64,000 nt of DNA from Clostridia bacterium (GTDB taxonomy: Bacteria; Bacillota; Clostridia; RUG12999): the NCBI GenBank assembly GCA_017396395.1, contig JAFQMF010000018.1, positions 25,945 through 89,944 on the forward strand. The letters run 5' to 3'. The position numbers and the translations under genes were made by a program. Shown here one piece after another: positions 39,234 through 49,030 of this stretch (its first letter is position 1; each line of letters starts with the position of its first letter). The notes beneath the pieces were generated by a model, which worked only from the letters and a program-made list of their open reading frames with translations, made no database searches and was not told the origin of the DNA.

Positions 39234-39341
39234 ATAATATATGTAGTCGTATATGAGAATAGCAATTTTGTTTTTGCAGATAATATAGCTACTCTATTTT
39301 GAATTAACTATTGTTTTTCCGAAAGGAAGGGAATTTCAGGC

Positions 39342-39857
39342 ATGAAAAAAACAATTCCGATACTTGCGGTTATTGTAGCATTTATATTAGGTTTATGCTC
39401 CTGCAACGATGCTGACGGAGGAAAAACTGGTCTTAGAGATATAACATGGGGTATGACCAGGACTGAGGTGCGTAAAGCAGAATCAGCTGAGCTTGTTGGG
39501 TATGACGACGCATTTCTTCGATTTTACGATACAGACAAAAGCCAGCCGATTGTTGAAATAGGCGTGAATACAAATAACGCTGTGGATTTGCTGTACTACT
39601 TTGACAGTAAAGATAAGCTGTTTAAAATTGAATATAAATTTTCAAGCACTAAAATCAATGAGGATTACTACAAGCTTTTAAAATCTCTTATGATTGACAA
39701 ATATGGCAAGCCCTATAAAGAGGATGCAGCAGATGAAAATAACGAGTACAACAAGGTTACTTCCTGGAAAAAAGGCAAAAGCGATATAACCCTCATCTAT
39801 TATAATCCTGATGGCTCACTTAAAACTTTTTATGTAACCTTTTTACCTAATAACTAA
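39342..39857 (+). CDS. hypothetical lipoprotein
   Basis: 171 aa. Signal peptide with lipobox ILGLCSC. No recognisable catalytic motifs. Confidence 0.6.
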   Translation: MKKTIPILAVIVAFILGLCSCNDADGGKTGLRDITWGMTRTEVRKAESAELVGYDDAFLRFYDTDKSQPIVEIGVNTNNAVDLLYYFDSKDKLFKIEYKFSSTKINEDYYKLLKSLMIDKYGKPYKEDAADENNEYNKVTSWKKGKSDITLIYYNPDGSLKTFYVTFLPNN

Positions 39858-39867
39858 AATCGCATAA

Positions 39868-39906
39868 TAAAAACAGGCATTTGCTTTTTGCAAATGCCTG
39901 TTTTTA
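39868..39906. terminator. bidirectional terminator (lipoprotein gene / lysC)
   Basis: AAAACAGGCATTTGC-ttttt-GCAAATGCCTGTTTTT. Confidence 0.8.
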
Positions 39907-39919
39907 TTATTAATACCAA

Positions 39920-41233
39920 CTATTTTACAAATTCGCTGTATATAGCATTGATTGCATCCTGATAATCATGCTCATCCACACCGATTATAATATTTCTTTC
40001 ACTTGAACCCTGGTCAATCATTTTAATATTAATATCCTTGCTGGCAATAGATGTAAACAATCTGCAGGCAGTTCCTTTTGCTTTTTCCATACTTCTGCCT
40101 ACAACAGCAACAAGAGCAATACCTTCTTCAACTGTTACACGGTCAGCATTTACAACCTTTGCAATTTCAGCAACCATTTCATATTTAGTATTTCTAAGCT
40201 CATCTGTACTGATTACAACAGACATAGTATCAATGCCTGAAGGTAAATGCTCAAAGCAAACATTATGATTTTCAAGTACCTCAAGAACCTTTCTGCCAAA
40301 GCCAATTTCTGCATTCATCATATCTTTTTCAATATTTATGATAGAAAATCCCTTTTTGCCTGCAATACCTGTTATAATATTAGGCGCAGAAATACTTGTT
40401 GCCGGCACAATCATAGTTCCCGGGTCAGAAGGCGCATTGGTATTCTTAATATTTATAGGAATATTCGCTACCTTAACAGGAAAAATTGCATCCTCGTGCA
40501 TAACGCTTGCTCCCATATAAGAAAGCTCACGGAGCTCACCATATGTAATAACCTCAATGGTTTTGGGGTTTTTAACTATTCTGGGGTCTGCCATCAGCAT
40601 ACCTGAAACATCTGTCCAGTTTTCATATATGTCAGCATGAATTGCTCTTGCCACTATAGAACCGGTAATATCCGAGCCTCCCCTTGAGAAGGTTTTTATT
40701 GTTCCTTCATTGGTGCACCCATAAAAGCCTGGAAATACTGCTCTTTGATGTTCTAAAAGTATATCCGAAAGAACTTTGTTAGTCTTTTCAGTATCTAAGC
40801 TTCCGTCCTCCTTAAAGAAAATACAGCTTTCTGCGTCAATAAAATCATATCCAAGATAATTTGCCATAATAATAGCATTTAAGTATTCACCACGGCTGGC
40901 AACATAATCACGGCTGGCACGATGTATAATTCCTGCTCGTATGGTTTCAAGCTCTTCTTCAAGTGACAGGTCAAGGTCAAGGTCCTTTATAATGCCGTTA
41001 TATCTTTCTACAATTTTATCAAAAACTTCACTGATATCTTTTTTTGCAATAGCAAGCTCAAAGCATTTGTATAAAAGGTCAGTAACCTTTATATCATCAT
41101 CGCTTCTTTTACCGGGTGCAGAAGCCACAACATATCTTCTTGATTCCTCAGCGGTAACAATTTCCTTAACTTTTTTAAACTGATTTGCGTCAGCAAGTGA
41201 GCTTCCGCCAAATTTTACAACTTTTATTTCCAC
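39920..41233 (-). CDS. lysC: aspartate kinase
   Basis: 437 aa, GTG start. VVKFGGSSLA amino-acid-kinase motif, C-terminal ACT pair. Confidence 0.85.
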   Translation of the reverse strand: MEIKVVKFGGSSLADANQFKKVKEIVTAEESRRYVVASAPGKRSDDDIKVTDLLYKCFELAIAKKDISEVFDKIVERYNGIIKDLDLDLSLEEELETIRAGIIHRASRDYVASRGEYLNAIIMANYLGYDFIDAESCIFFKEDGSLDTEKTNKVLSDILLEHQRAVFPGFYGCTNEGTIKTFSRGGSDITGSIVARAIHADIYENWTDVSGMLMADPRIVKNPKTIEVITYGELRELSYMGASVMHEDAIFPVKVANIPINIKNTNAPSDPGTMIVPATSISAPNIITGIAGKKGFSIINIEKDMMNAEIGFGRKVLEVLENHNVCFEHLPSGIDTMSVVISTDELRNTKYEMVAEIAKVVNADRVTVEEGIALVAVVGRSMEKAKGTACRLFTSIASKDINIKMIDQGSSERNIIIGVDEHDYQDAINAIYSEFVK

Positions 41234-41323
41234 AGTAATTCCCCACTTTTAAAAAATTATATAACTTTATATATCATATCATCTAAAGGTTTTTTTGTCA
41301 ATAATCAACTCTGTATTATCTGC

Positions 41324-41352
41324 AAAAAGGCATACAAAGAGTATGCCTTTTT
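41324..41352. terminator. terminator after pfkA
   Basis: AAAAAGGCATAC-aaaga-GTATGCCTTTTT. Confidence 0.75.
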
Positions 41353-41356
41353 ATTG

Positions 41357-42547
41357 TTACTTATCACCGAATGAAATTCCCATTGTTCTTGCAAGCTCAA
41401 CAATTTCCCCGTTTACATCAACAGGTCTGAAGTTACTGCCCATATCGTCTGTAGGAATAACTTCCTCCAAAGGAACAGTTGTAAGATGTGCTCCTTTAAG
41501 AGCAACCATTTCGCCTCTTTTTCCTTCCATAAGAGCCTCAACAGCTTTTTTGCCGTATCTTGAGCAAAGAATTCTATCATATGCTGTGGGAGTACCGCCT
41601 CTTTGAATGTGTCCAAGAACTGTACAGCGGGCTTCCACATCCATAATTGTTTCACTTATTGCATATCCGTTTTCATCTCTGTTATTATTTAAAATTTCCT
41701 GAACAGCATTTGCAATAGATTCACCTGCACCTTTAAGCTTGAAGCCGTCAGGAGAAAGGTCGGTTGCAACACCTGCTTTTTCTCCTGAAGGAGTAGAAAT
41801 ACCTTCAGCAACAACAATAAGTGCGTACTGTCTTTGTGCTTTTAAAGCATCCTTTACTTTTTCTGCAACAATATTAATATCATAATCAATTTCAGGAATT
41901 AAAATAACATCCGCAGCAGATGCAATACCTGTATGAAGTGCAATATGTCCAGCATCTCTTCCCATAACTTCAAGCACCATTGCTCTGTGATGGGACATTC
42001 CTGTTGTATTTATACATTTTACAGCTTCAACGCTACGGCTGATAGCAGTGTCAAAACCAAATGTTCTGTCTGTTGAGTTAAGGTCATTGTCAATAGTCTT
42101 TGGAACGCCGATAACAGGTACGCCAAGTCTTGCAAAATCTCTGCCTGATGTAAGAGTTCCGTCGCCTCCGATAATAATAAGAGCATCAATACCCATTCTA
42201 TTAAGGTTTTCAACAGCTACTCCTGATAAATTATCATAAATAGGTTTTCCGTCTTCCCCTTTAATAATTCCGTTTTTATCACGGCGTGGATATTTAAATA
42301 AATTATCCTTGTTTGAGTTATAAAGAATTGTACCTCCGCGAGCAATAATATTACCTACCTCAGAAGCATCAAGAGGAACTACCTGACTTTCTCCAAGAAA
42401 AAGTCCTCTATAACCATTTTTAATACCTACAACTTCCAGATTATATTTTGAAACGGCAGTTTTAACAGCTGCAGCAATTACAGCATTAAGTCCAGGGCAA
42501 TCTCCCCCGCCTGTTAAAATACCAATCTTTTTTATTTCTTTTTCCAT
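41357..42547 (-). CDS. pfkA: 6-phosphofructokinase (long form, ATP-type GGDG motif)
   Basis: 396 aa. GILTGGGDCPGLNA, IIIGGDGT, PKTIDNDL. Confidence 0.85.
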   Translation of the reverse strand: MEKEIKKIGILTGGGDCPGLNAVIAAAVKTAVSKYNLEVVGIKNGYRGLFLGESQVVPLDASEVGNIIARGGTILYNSNKDNLFKYPRRDKNGIIKGEDGKPIYDNLSGVAVENLNRMGIDALIIIGGDGTLTSGRDFARLGVPVIGVPKTIDNDLNSTDRTFGFDTAISRSVEAVKCINTTGMSHHRAMVLEVMGRDAGHIALHTGIASAADVILIPEIDYDINIVAEKVKDALKAQRQYALIVVAEGISTPSGEKAGVATDLSPDGFKLKGAGESIANAVQEILNNNRDENGYAISETIMDVEARCTVLGHIQRGGTPTAYDRILCSRYGKKAVEALMEGKRGEMVALKGAHLTTVPLEEVIPTDDMGSNFRPVDVNGEIVELARTMGISFGDK

Positions 42548-42746
42548 TTTCCGCTCTCTCCTTTTTGCGTATGTAAGGGTAATTATTATAACAAAAAGTC
42601 ATATAAAACCACAATTTTTCGCATTATAACATCACTTCTATATTTTACTACATTTTTACAATATTTGCAACATAAAATTTTATTTTTGTCTTAATTCTAT
42701 AAATTGGCCATTTTAATCATTTATTTTTTATAAAAAGTGTATAAAA

Positions 42747-42791
42747 AAGACATATATACTCCTTCTTATATTTGCGGAATATATATGTCTT
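42747..42791 (-). terminator. terminator after the MATE transporter gene
   Basis: 12-bp stem AAGACATATATA/TATATATGTCTT; on the minus strand it is followed by TTTTTT. Confidence 0.6.
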
Positions 42792-42810
42792 AAACCATAC
42801 TTATTATATG

Positions 42811-44169
42811 CTATTTTTCTGGGCTTTTAAGGAGTTTATTAACGGATATCATCATAGCAGTAAAGCAAGCTGTTCCCCCTACAAAATTTGAAACTGCCTC
42901 TGCAAGAAATACACCATTTTCTCCTAAATTCCACACATATGGTAAAATCAGGGTAAGAGGGATTACTATAATAACCTTCCGAAGAAGAGAGAAGAAAATT
43001 GCGTGCTTTGAATATCCCATCCCCACAAATACTGCCTGTCCTGCCACCTGAAGGGACATCATAAACATTCCAAAGAAAAAGGTATGAAGTGCAGGTACTC
43101 CTTTTGCAATAAGCTCAGGGTTAGAATTGAAAATCCTTATAAAGCTTTCCGGGAAGAAGAATAAAAGTGCCCAGGCAATTATCATATATATTACGCTGAA
43201 TATTGTTACAAAGCGGATTGCCTGTGATATCCGATTATATTTTCTTGCTCCAAGATTAAATCCAATTACCGGCTGTACCGCTTGGGTAAAGCCAGAGGTA
43301 GGAAGAATTACAACATCTCTTATGGAATTAATCACCGTCATAATTCCCACATACACATCCCCCCCTGTAGCTTTAAGGGTAGAGTTTGCTGTTATCTGTA
43401 CAAGTCCTGTAGATGCAGACATTATAAATCCCGCCGCTCCAAGACCTGTGATTTTTTTAAGCAGTGCTATTTCAATTTTCAGATTTTCTTTTCTGATTTT
43501 CAAAAGAGTTTTTTTGCTAAATAAAAAACCCATTACAAGTACTGCTGATATTATCTGGGAAATTACTGTGGCAACTGCCGCACCTTTTACTCCCATATTT
43601 AGAGTATATATAAAAACAGGGTCAAGAATAATATTAACAACTGCACCCGAAACTGTGGCAGCCATTGCAATTTTAGTGTATCCCTGACAATTTATAAAGC
43701 CACTCATACCTGTCCCTATCATAAAAAAGGGTGTTCCCATCAGATAAATGGAAAAATATCCGTAAGCATAGCTGTATGTATCATTGCTTGCACCAAAAAG
43801 ATACAAAAAAGGTTTCATAAAAATGTAAAAAACAAGCATAAGAAGTATTGAGGTATAAATAAGCATAGCAAAAGTATTCCCCATTATTTTCTCAGCTCTT
43901 TTCTCATTGCCTTTTCCTCTTTCAATAGAGCAAAGGGGAGCTCCCCCCGTACCAAAAAGGTTTGTAAAAGCACCGATTATGAGAATAATAGGGAAAACTA
44001 TACCCATTCCCGTAAGGGCAGTCTGACCAATGTTTTCCATATGCCCTATATATATTCTGTCCACAACATTATAAAGAACCTGAACAAGCTGTGCCAGAAT
44101 AAGCGGAATGGCAAGTCTTATTATTATACCATTTACATTTCCTTTTGAAAAATCACTCTTGCTTTCCAT
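42811..44169 (-). CDS. MATE family efflux transporter
   Basis: 452 aa, 12-TM-like profile. N-terminal PLILAQLVQVLYNVVDRIYIG, typical of MATE. Confidence 0.85.
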   Translation of the reverse strand: MESKSDFSKGNVNGIIIRLAIPLILAQLVQVLYNVVDRIYIGHMENIGQTALTGMGIVFPIILIIGAFTNLFGTGGAPLCSIERGKGNEKRAEKIMGNTFAMLIYTSILLMLVFYIFMKPFLYLFGASNDTYSYAYGYFSIYLMGTPFFMIGTGMSGFINCQGYTKIAMAATVSGAVVNIILDPVFIYTLNMGVKGAAVATVISQIISAVLVMGFLFSKKTLLKIRKENLKIEIALLKKITGLGAAGFIMSASTGLVQITANSTLKATGGDVYVGIMTVINSIRDVVILPTSGFTQAVQPVIGFNLGARKYNRISQAIRFVTIFSVIYMIIAWALLFFFPESFIRIFNSNPELIAKGVPALHTFFFGMFMMSLQVAGQAVFVGMGYSKHAIFFSLLRKVIIVIPLTLILPYVWNLGENGVFLAEAVSNFVGGTACFTAMMISVNKLLKSPEK

Positions 44170-44185
44170 CTTTAAGCTTAACCTT

Positions 44186-45235
44186 CTATTCCTGTATCAT
44201 TTGTACAAGTGCTGAGGCAATTTCACTTTCCCGCACTTTTTTTATAATTTCTCCTTTTTTAAAAAGAAGTCCTTCACCTTTTCCGCAGGCTACCCCATAG
44301 TCTGCCTCTCTTGCCTCTCCGGGACCGTTAACGGCACAGCCCATAACTGCAACCGTAATATTTTTTTTACAGCCTTTAAGAGCATCTTCCACCTTTGTTA
44401 CAACCGAAACAAGGTCAACATTAGTTCTTCCGCAGGTGGGACAAGAAATAATATTTACTCCTTCTTCAGTTAGCTCAAGACTTTTTAAAATCTGCTTTCC
44501 TACACGTACCTCCTCAACAGGGTCGCCTGTTAAAGATACTCTTATTGTGTTGCCTATGCCCATTGACAGTATGCTTCCGATACCAACTGATGATTTGATA
44601 CTGCCACTCCAAGCCGTACCTGCTTCTGTAACACCCACATGAAGGGGAAGATCACTTACATTTGCAAATTTTTTATATACATCAATGGTAGAAACAACAT
44701 TTGATGTTTTAAGTGAAACGGCTATATCATTAAAGTTTACAGCATACAGCATATTAATATGTGTAAAAGCACTTTCTAAAACTGCGTCAGTAGTGGGCCC
44801 GCCGTATTTTGCAATAAGGTCTTTTCCAACAGAGCCGGAGTTTACTCCTATTCTTATAGGAACTCCTCTTTCCTTTGCAACTTCCGCAACTGCTCGCACT
44901 CTGTCCTCTCCTCCAATATTTCCGGGGTTAAGACGGATTTTATCTGCACCGTTTTTTATACATTCTATTGCAATACGATAGTCGAAATGAATATCAGCAA
45001 CGAGAGGAATTGTGATTTGCTTTTTAATTTCTTTAATTGCAGCTGCAGACTCCATATCAGGTGCAGTAACTCTTATTATATCGCATCCTGCCTCAGTAAG
45101 TCTTTTTATCTGTTCTACTGTTGCCCTTACATCAGCGGTTTTAGTGTTGGTCATACTCTGCACAGTCACAGGTGCATCTCCGCCAATTAACACACCGCCC
45201 ACATTTATGCTTTTAGTATTATTTCTGTAATTCAT
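44186..45235 (-). CDS. ispG: 4-hydroxy-3-methylbut-2-en-1-yl diphosphate synthase
   Basis: 349 aa. VTVQSMTNT, IRLNPGN, C-terminal cysteines CPTCGR..GCAVNGPGE. Confidence 0.9.
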   Translation of the reverse strand: MNYRNNTKSINVGGVLIGGDAPVTVQSMTNTKTADVRATVEQIKRLTEAGCDIIRVTAPDMESAAAIKEIKKQITIPLVADIHFDYRIAIECIKNGADKIRLNPGNIGGEDRVRAVAEVAKERGVPIRIGVNSGSVGKDLIAKYGGPTTDAVLESAFTHINMLYAVNFNDIAVSLKTSNVVSTIDVYKKFANVSDLPLHVGVTEAGTAWSGSIKSSVGIGSILSMGIGNTIRVSLTGDPVEEVRVGKQILKSLELTEEGVNIISCPTCGRTNVDLVSVVTKVEDALKGCKKNITVAVMGCAVNGPGEAREADYGVACGKGEGLLFKKGEIIKKVRESEIASALVQMIQE

Positions 45236-45277
45236 AAGTTTACTTCCAATACTTAGTATTTTTTTAATACTTTTGTT

Positions 45278-46459
45278 TTATCCTTTTATTCCCTTTGTTC
45301 CCTTGGTACCTCCGTGAAGTTCCAAAAGGTTTGTATCAAAAGAGAAGGTAAGATTGGATTTTTCCCTTGCTCTTTTAAGTGCAATTTGTACCAGCTCCTC
45401 CATAAGACCCTCAAAGGTAAGTCCCGTTTTTTCCCAAAGATAGAAGGATAAGGAGCCTGGAATTGTATTAATTTCATTTACATAAATTTTATTTGTTTCT
45501 CCGTCAATCATACAGTCGATTCTGGAAACTCCCGCGCAGCCAAGTACCTTAAAGGTATCCAGACAATATCCCTGAATTTCCTTTGTATTTTCTTCCGAAA
45601 GGTCTGCAGGAATAATTCTCTGAGTACTTGCCATACCCTTTGATGCACCCTTTGCACCCTCTTTATATTTTTTGTCATAGGACAAAAAGCCATCAGCAGA
45701 AACGGGCTCTTCGCAAACAGATGCTCTTGCATTTGTAAAATCTCCCAGAACACTGCAGTTGATTTCCCTGATTTGGGAAATGGCGTGCTCTACAAGTATT
45801 TTTTCTGCATATGAGCAAGCGTTGTCAATAGCAATCACAAGACTGTCTTTATCCTTTGCTATTTCAATGCCGATACTTGAACCAAGATTGGCAGGTTTTA
45901 CAATTACAGGATAGGAAAGAGTTTCAATCTCCTGTAGAATTTTTTCTTTATCTTCAAACCAGCTTCTGCTGTAAAAACATTTACAGGGCAGTACAGGTAT
46001 GCCGTGAGATACGAGCACATCCTTCATGGCAACCTTATCCATACCAAGAGCAGATGAAGTTACATCGCATCCTGTGTAGGGTATGTTCAGCGTTTCCAGC
46101 CAGCCCTGAATACTGCCATCCTCCACGTTTGTTCCGTGAACAACAGGAATCGCAACATCCATTTTCACAGGCTTTTCTTTTCTAAAGAGGGGTTTTTTAA
46201 TTTTTTCCATTATAACGCCATTACCATCGTTATATACCACAACCCTGTAACATTCCTCCAGAAGCTTACTCATATTCTTATAATTTTTAATATCAAAAAG
46301 TGCCTCTCCTGAGTACATTACTCCCTGTTTTGTAATATAAAGAGGTATAACATTATATTTTTCTTTGTTTAGGGCGTGCATTGCCTGGTTTGCAGAAATT
46401 ACTGCCACCTCATGTTCAGTTGAACGTCCGCCGAATATTACACAAGCATTTATTTTCAT
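45278..46459 (-). CDS. ddl: D-alanine-D-alanine ligase (long form)
   Basis: 393 aa. FGGRSTEHEVAVISA, HGTNVEDGSIQGWLE, ATP-grasp core, NEINTIPGS. Confidence 0.8.
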   Translation of the reverse strand: MKINACVIFGGRSTEHEVAVISANQAMHALNKEKYNVIPLYITKQGVMYSGEALFDIKNYKNMSKLLEECYRVVVYNDGNGVIMEKIKKPLFRKEKPVKMDVAIPVVHGTNVEDGSIQGWLETLNIPYTGCDVTSSALGMDKVAMKDVLVSHGIPVLPCKCFYSRSWFEDKEKILQEIETLSYPVIVKPANLGSSIGIEIAKDKDSLVIAIDNACSYAEKILVEHAISQIREINCSVLGDFTNARASVCEEPVSADGFLSYDKKYKEGAKGASKGMASTQRIIPADLSEENTKEIQGYCLDTFKVLGCAGVSRIDCMIDGETNKIYVNEINTIPGSLSFYLWEKTGLTFEGLMEELVQIALKRAREKSNLTFSFDTNLLELHGGTKGTKGIKG

Positions 46460-46470
46460 GATAATCTCCC

Positions 46471-48105
46471 CTATATCAGTTTTTCATTATATAAATCAGG
46501 CAAATCGTTTTCAAAAAGCACTGTGCTTCCCTGCTTTGCTATTGAGTTCATAACACTAAGTGCCTCTTTTAAATCAGCCGTTACAAAAAGCCTGTCTGAA
46601 TCAAAATTAATCTCCTTAAGGCCTTCTGCTATGGGCTTTGTCTGTTTTTCTCCCACTAAAATTATATAGTCACAGTTTCCCTCACAGCTTATGGCGAATT
46701 CCCGATTTAATTCTGCTTCCTTTTCTCCCGCTTCAATAATTCCAGGAGTAATGAGTATTCTTCCTCCCTGAGGAAAACTTCCCAGTACACTTACTGCGGA
46801 TTTTGCACCTTCTATGTTTGAATTAAAGGCATCATCAATAACAGTAACTCCGTTTGGCTTGGGACGAAGCTCTAATCTGTGGGGAATCGCTTCCAGTCTT
46901 TTAACAGGATATACCGCTTCCTCTGCTGTCATTCCAAGTGCCTCTGCCGCAGCAACAGCACCTATAATATTCAATATATTATGTCTGCCCAGCAGTCGGC
47001 TTTCAAAATCTACCCTTTTGCCTCCTGTAGTGCAAAGGGTGAATTTTACTCCATCTGGGCCGTAGGAAATATTTTCTGCCCAGTAGTCAGAACCTGATAC
47101 AAAATCTACTGAATATCCAACAGAACCTGCAGGTGCCTCCTGCCTTATATATTCATTTTCCATATTAAGTATAGCGTGAGATTTATCTGCTACCGCACCT
47201 ATTAAATCAAACTTTGTATCTATAATATTTCTCAAGGTTTTAAAGCTTTCAAGATGTTGAGGGCCTATAGAGGTCAAAAGTCCGTAGGAAGGATTTACAA
47301 GATCGCACAGCTCCTTAATATCCTTGCGGTATTTTGCACCCATTTCACATACAAAAATTTCGTGAGTGGGTTTTAAACTGCCACGAACTGTTTTTATAAC
47401 ACCCATAGGAGTATTATAGCTTTCAGGTGTCATAAGAGTATTAAACTTTTCCGAAAGGATTTTAGTAAGTATATACTTTGACGAGGTTTTGCCGTAGCTT
47501 CCTGTAATACCTATAATTTTAAGATTTTCCATCTGGGATAAAATGTTTTTTGCGTCGTTATAATAATATCTGTTAATAATAAGCTCTATAGGGCGAACAA
47601 TAATATTTGCCAGTGCTACAAAAATAAAGTTAAATATTGTAATTAACATAAGAGTATATGCAAAGGGATAGACAGTAATAAACTTAACTGATGCATACCC
47701 TGAAACTGCAAGAAGAGCCGCCGCCAGAATAATGCAGGCGGTTATAAGTCTTTTTACTCTGGGAGTATAAACAAGCGGTTTTTTTGCGTTTTTCCCCGAA
47801 TGTTTTTTAAAAGGAACTACTCCGAAAAAAGTAAAAATCATTACTGCTCCGCAGTTTATGCTTGCATAAAATGTATTGTCAAAATATCTTGTGGTAACAA
47901 AGAAAAACACAAGGGTAACAGCCATAGCAGCAAGCTCGCAAAAGCTTAAATTTCTTGTAATGTTTTCATCACACCACTTTAAAAAATCTCCTGAACGATA
48001 ACTGCTTTGCTGTAGCATATGTATGCTGTACCGAGTTTTTCTGCAAAAAGCAAAAATCGAAAACAGCACACCGATAATATAAAAAACCCATATTAAATAT
48101 ATCAC
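46471..48105 (-). CDS. Mur ligase family protein (MurF-like) with polytopic N-terminal membrane domain
   Basis: 544 aa. Residues 1 to ~170 form 4-5 hydrophobic helices. Then Mur ligase P-loop GITGSYGKTSS, central and C-terminal domains (DDAFNSN). Start overlaps the stop of the upstream hydrolase gene. Confidence 0.7.
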   Translation of the reverse strand: MIYLIWVFYIIGVLFSIFAFCRKTRYSIHMLQQSSYRSGDFLKWCDENITRNLSFCELAAMAVTLVFFFVTTRYFDNTFYASINCGAVMIFTFFGVVPFKKHSGKNAKKPLVYTPRVKRLITACIILAAALLAVSGYASVKFITVYPFAYTLMLITIFNFIFVALANIIVRPIELIINRYYYNDAKNILSQMENLKIIGITGSYGKTSSKYILTKILSEKFNTLMTPESYNTPMGVIKTVRGSLKPTHEIFVCEMGAKYRKDIKELCDLVNPSYGLLTSIGPQHLESFKTLRNIIDTKFDLIGAVADKSHAILNMENEYIRQEAPAGSVGYSVDFVSGSDYWAENISYGPDGVKFTLCTTGGKRVDFESRLLGRHNILNIIGAVAAAEALGMTAEEAVYPVKRLEAIPHRLELRPKPNGVTVIDDAFNSNIEGAKSAVSVLGSFPQGGRILITPGIIEAGEKEAELNREFAISCEGNCDYIILVGEKQTKPIAEGLKEINFDSDRLFVTADLKEALSVMNSIAKQGSTVLFENDLPDLYNEKLI

Positions 48106-48869
48106 TTGCTTTCCTCCATTTCTTTTTCACAAAAGCTTCTTATAATATTTCCAAACCATCCGCTTTGCTCTAAAAACGCAAAATGTCCGCTTCCTTCCAT
48201 AACTACCAGTCCTGCATCAGGAATAAGCTTTTCCATTGTCTGTCCGTCTGAAAGAGGGGTTGCATCATCCTTATCGCCCCATATCAAAAGGCAAGGTACT
48301 GAAATGTCAGGCATTAAATATTTTAAATCCTCATTAATTGCCCTTACCATTACGCGACGCATTTTTTCGCTTGCTCCCGCATAATCCTCCGAGCCAAGCT
48401 TTCTTTTCATCTTTTCAATGTTTTTATTTCCTAAAAGCTTCATAATTTTTTTGGATAATTTATATGTATAAACCTTAAAATAATAATCTATTCCCCGCTT
48501 TGGAACTATTCCCGCACAGCCGGTAAGTATCATTTTATTTATATCCAGCATTTTTTTACCCGCCAAAATAAGAGCAATTCTTCCCCCAAAGGAATGAGCA
48601 AGAATTACAGGATTATCAATATCCAGCAAAAGGGCAAAATCCTTTATAAGCTCTGCGTAGGAATAAATATCCCAGTTATCCTCAACAGGTTCATCTGACT
48701 GTCCAAAACCAGGCAAATCAATATTATACACCTTCATTTTACCAAGAAAGGCATCCTGAGCAGACTTCATTACATCAGAAGACGCACCCCATCCGTGAAG
48801 AATTATTACATTTTTCCCTTCACCACTTACCTGATAGTGAATATTCAATCCCTTAATATTTATCTTCAA
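48102..48869 (-). CDS. alpha/beta hydrolase
   Basis: 255 aa. HGWG oxyanion region, nucleophile elbow AHSFGG, C-terminal GSGHF. Confidence 0.75.
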   Translation of the reverse strand: MKINIKGLNIHYQVSGEGKNVIILHGWGASSDVMKSAQDAFLGKMKVYNIDLPGFGQSDEPVEDNWDIYSYAELIKDFALLLDIDNPVILAHSFGGRIALILAGKKMLDINKMILTGCAGIVPKRGIDYYFKVYTYKLSKKIMKLLGNKNIEKMKRKLGSEDYAGASEKMRRVMVRAINEDLKYLMPDISVPCLLIWGDKDDATPLSDGQTMEKLIPDAGLVVMEGSGHFAFLEQSGWFGNIIRSFCEKEMEESK

Positions 48870-49030
48870 AGGCTATACCTCCTGCCATTCTACTATAATA
48901 TATATTATACTCTAATATTTATACAAATTTCAATAGTAATTGAAGATTTTTTTACATAATCTATATACTTTTTTTAAAAAATATGATAATATATAATTAA
49001 ATCAGGCAAAAAGGCAGGTGAGCTTACCTC

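Noticed and set aside
41234-41323. Lysine riboswitch upstream of aspartate kinase
   Set aside because: The leader is under 90 nt and holds only a promoter-like TTGACA-17-TATGAT. That is too short, and the L-box core motifs are absent.
43127-43687. 186-aa + strand ORF, with similar long antisense ORFs at 55205-55720, 49967-50437, 50504-50959, 21338-21790, 16331-16764, 10594-10965 and 1549-1971
   Set aside because: All are fully embedded antisense to, or out of frame within, well-supported genes with family motifs. They lack RBSs and give low-complexity or odd amino-acid compositions.
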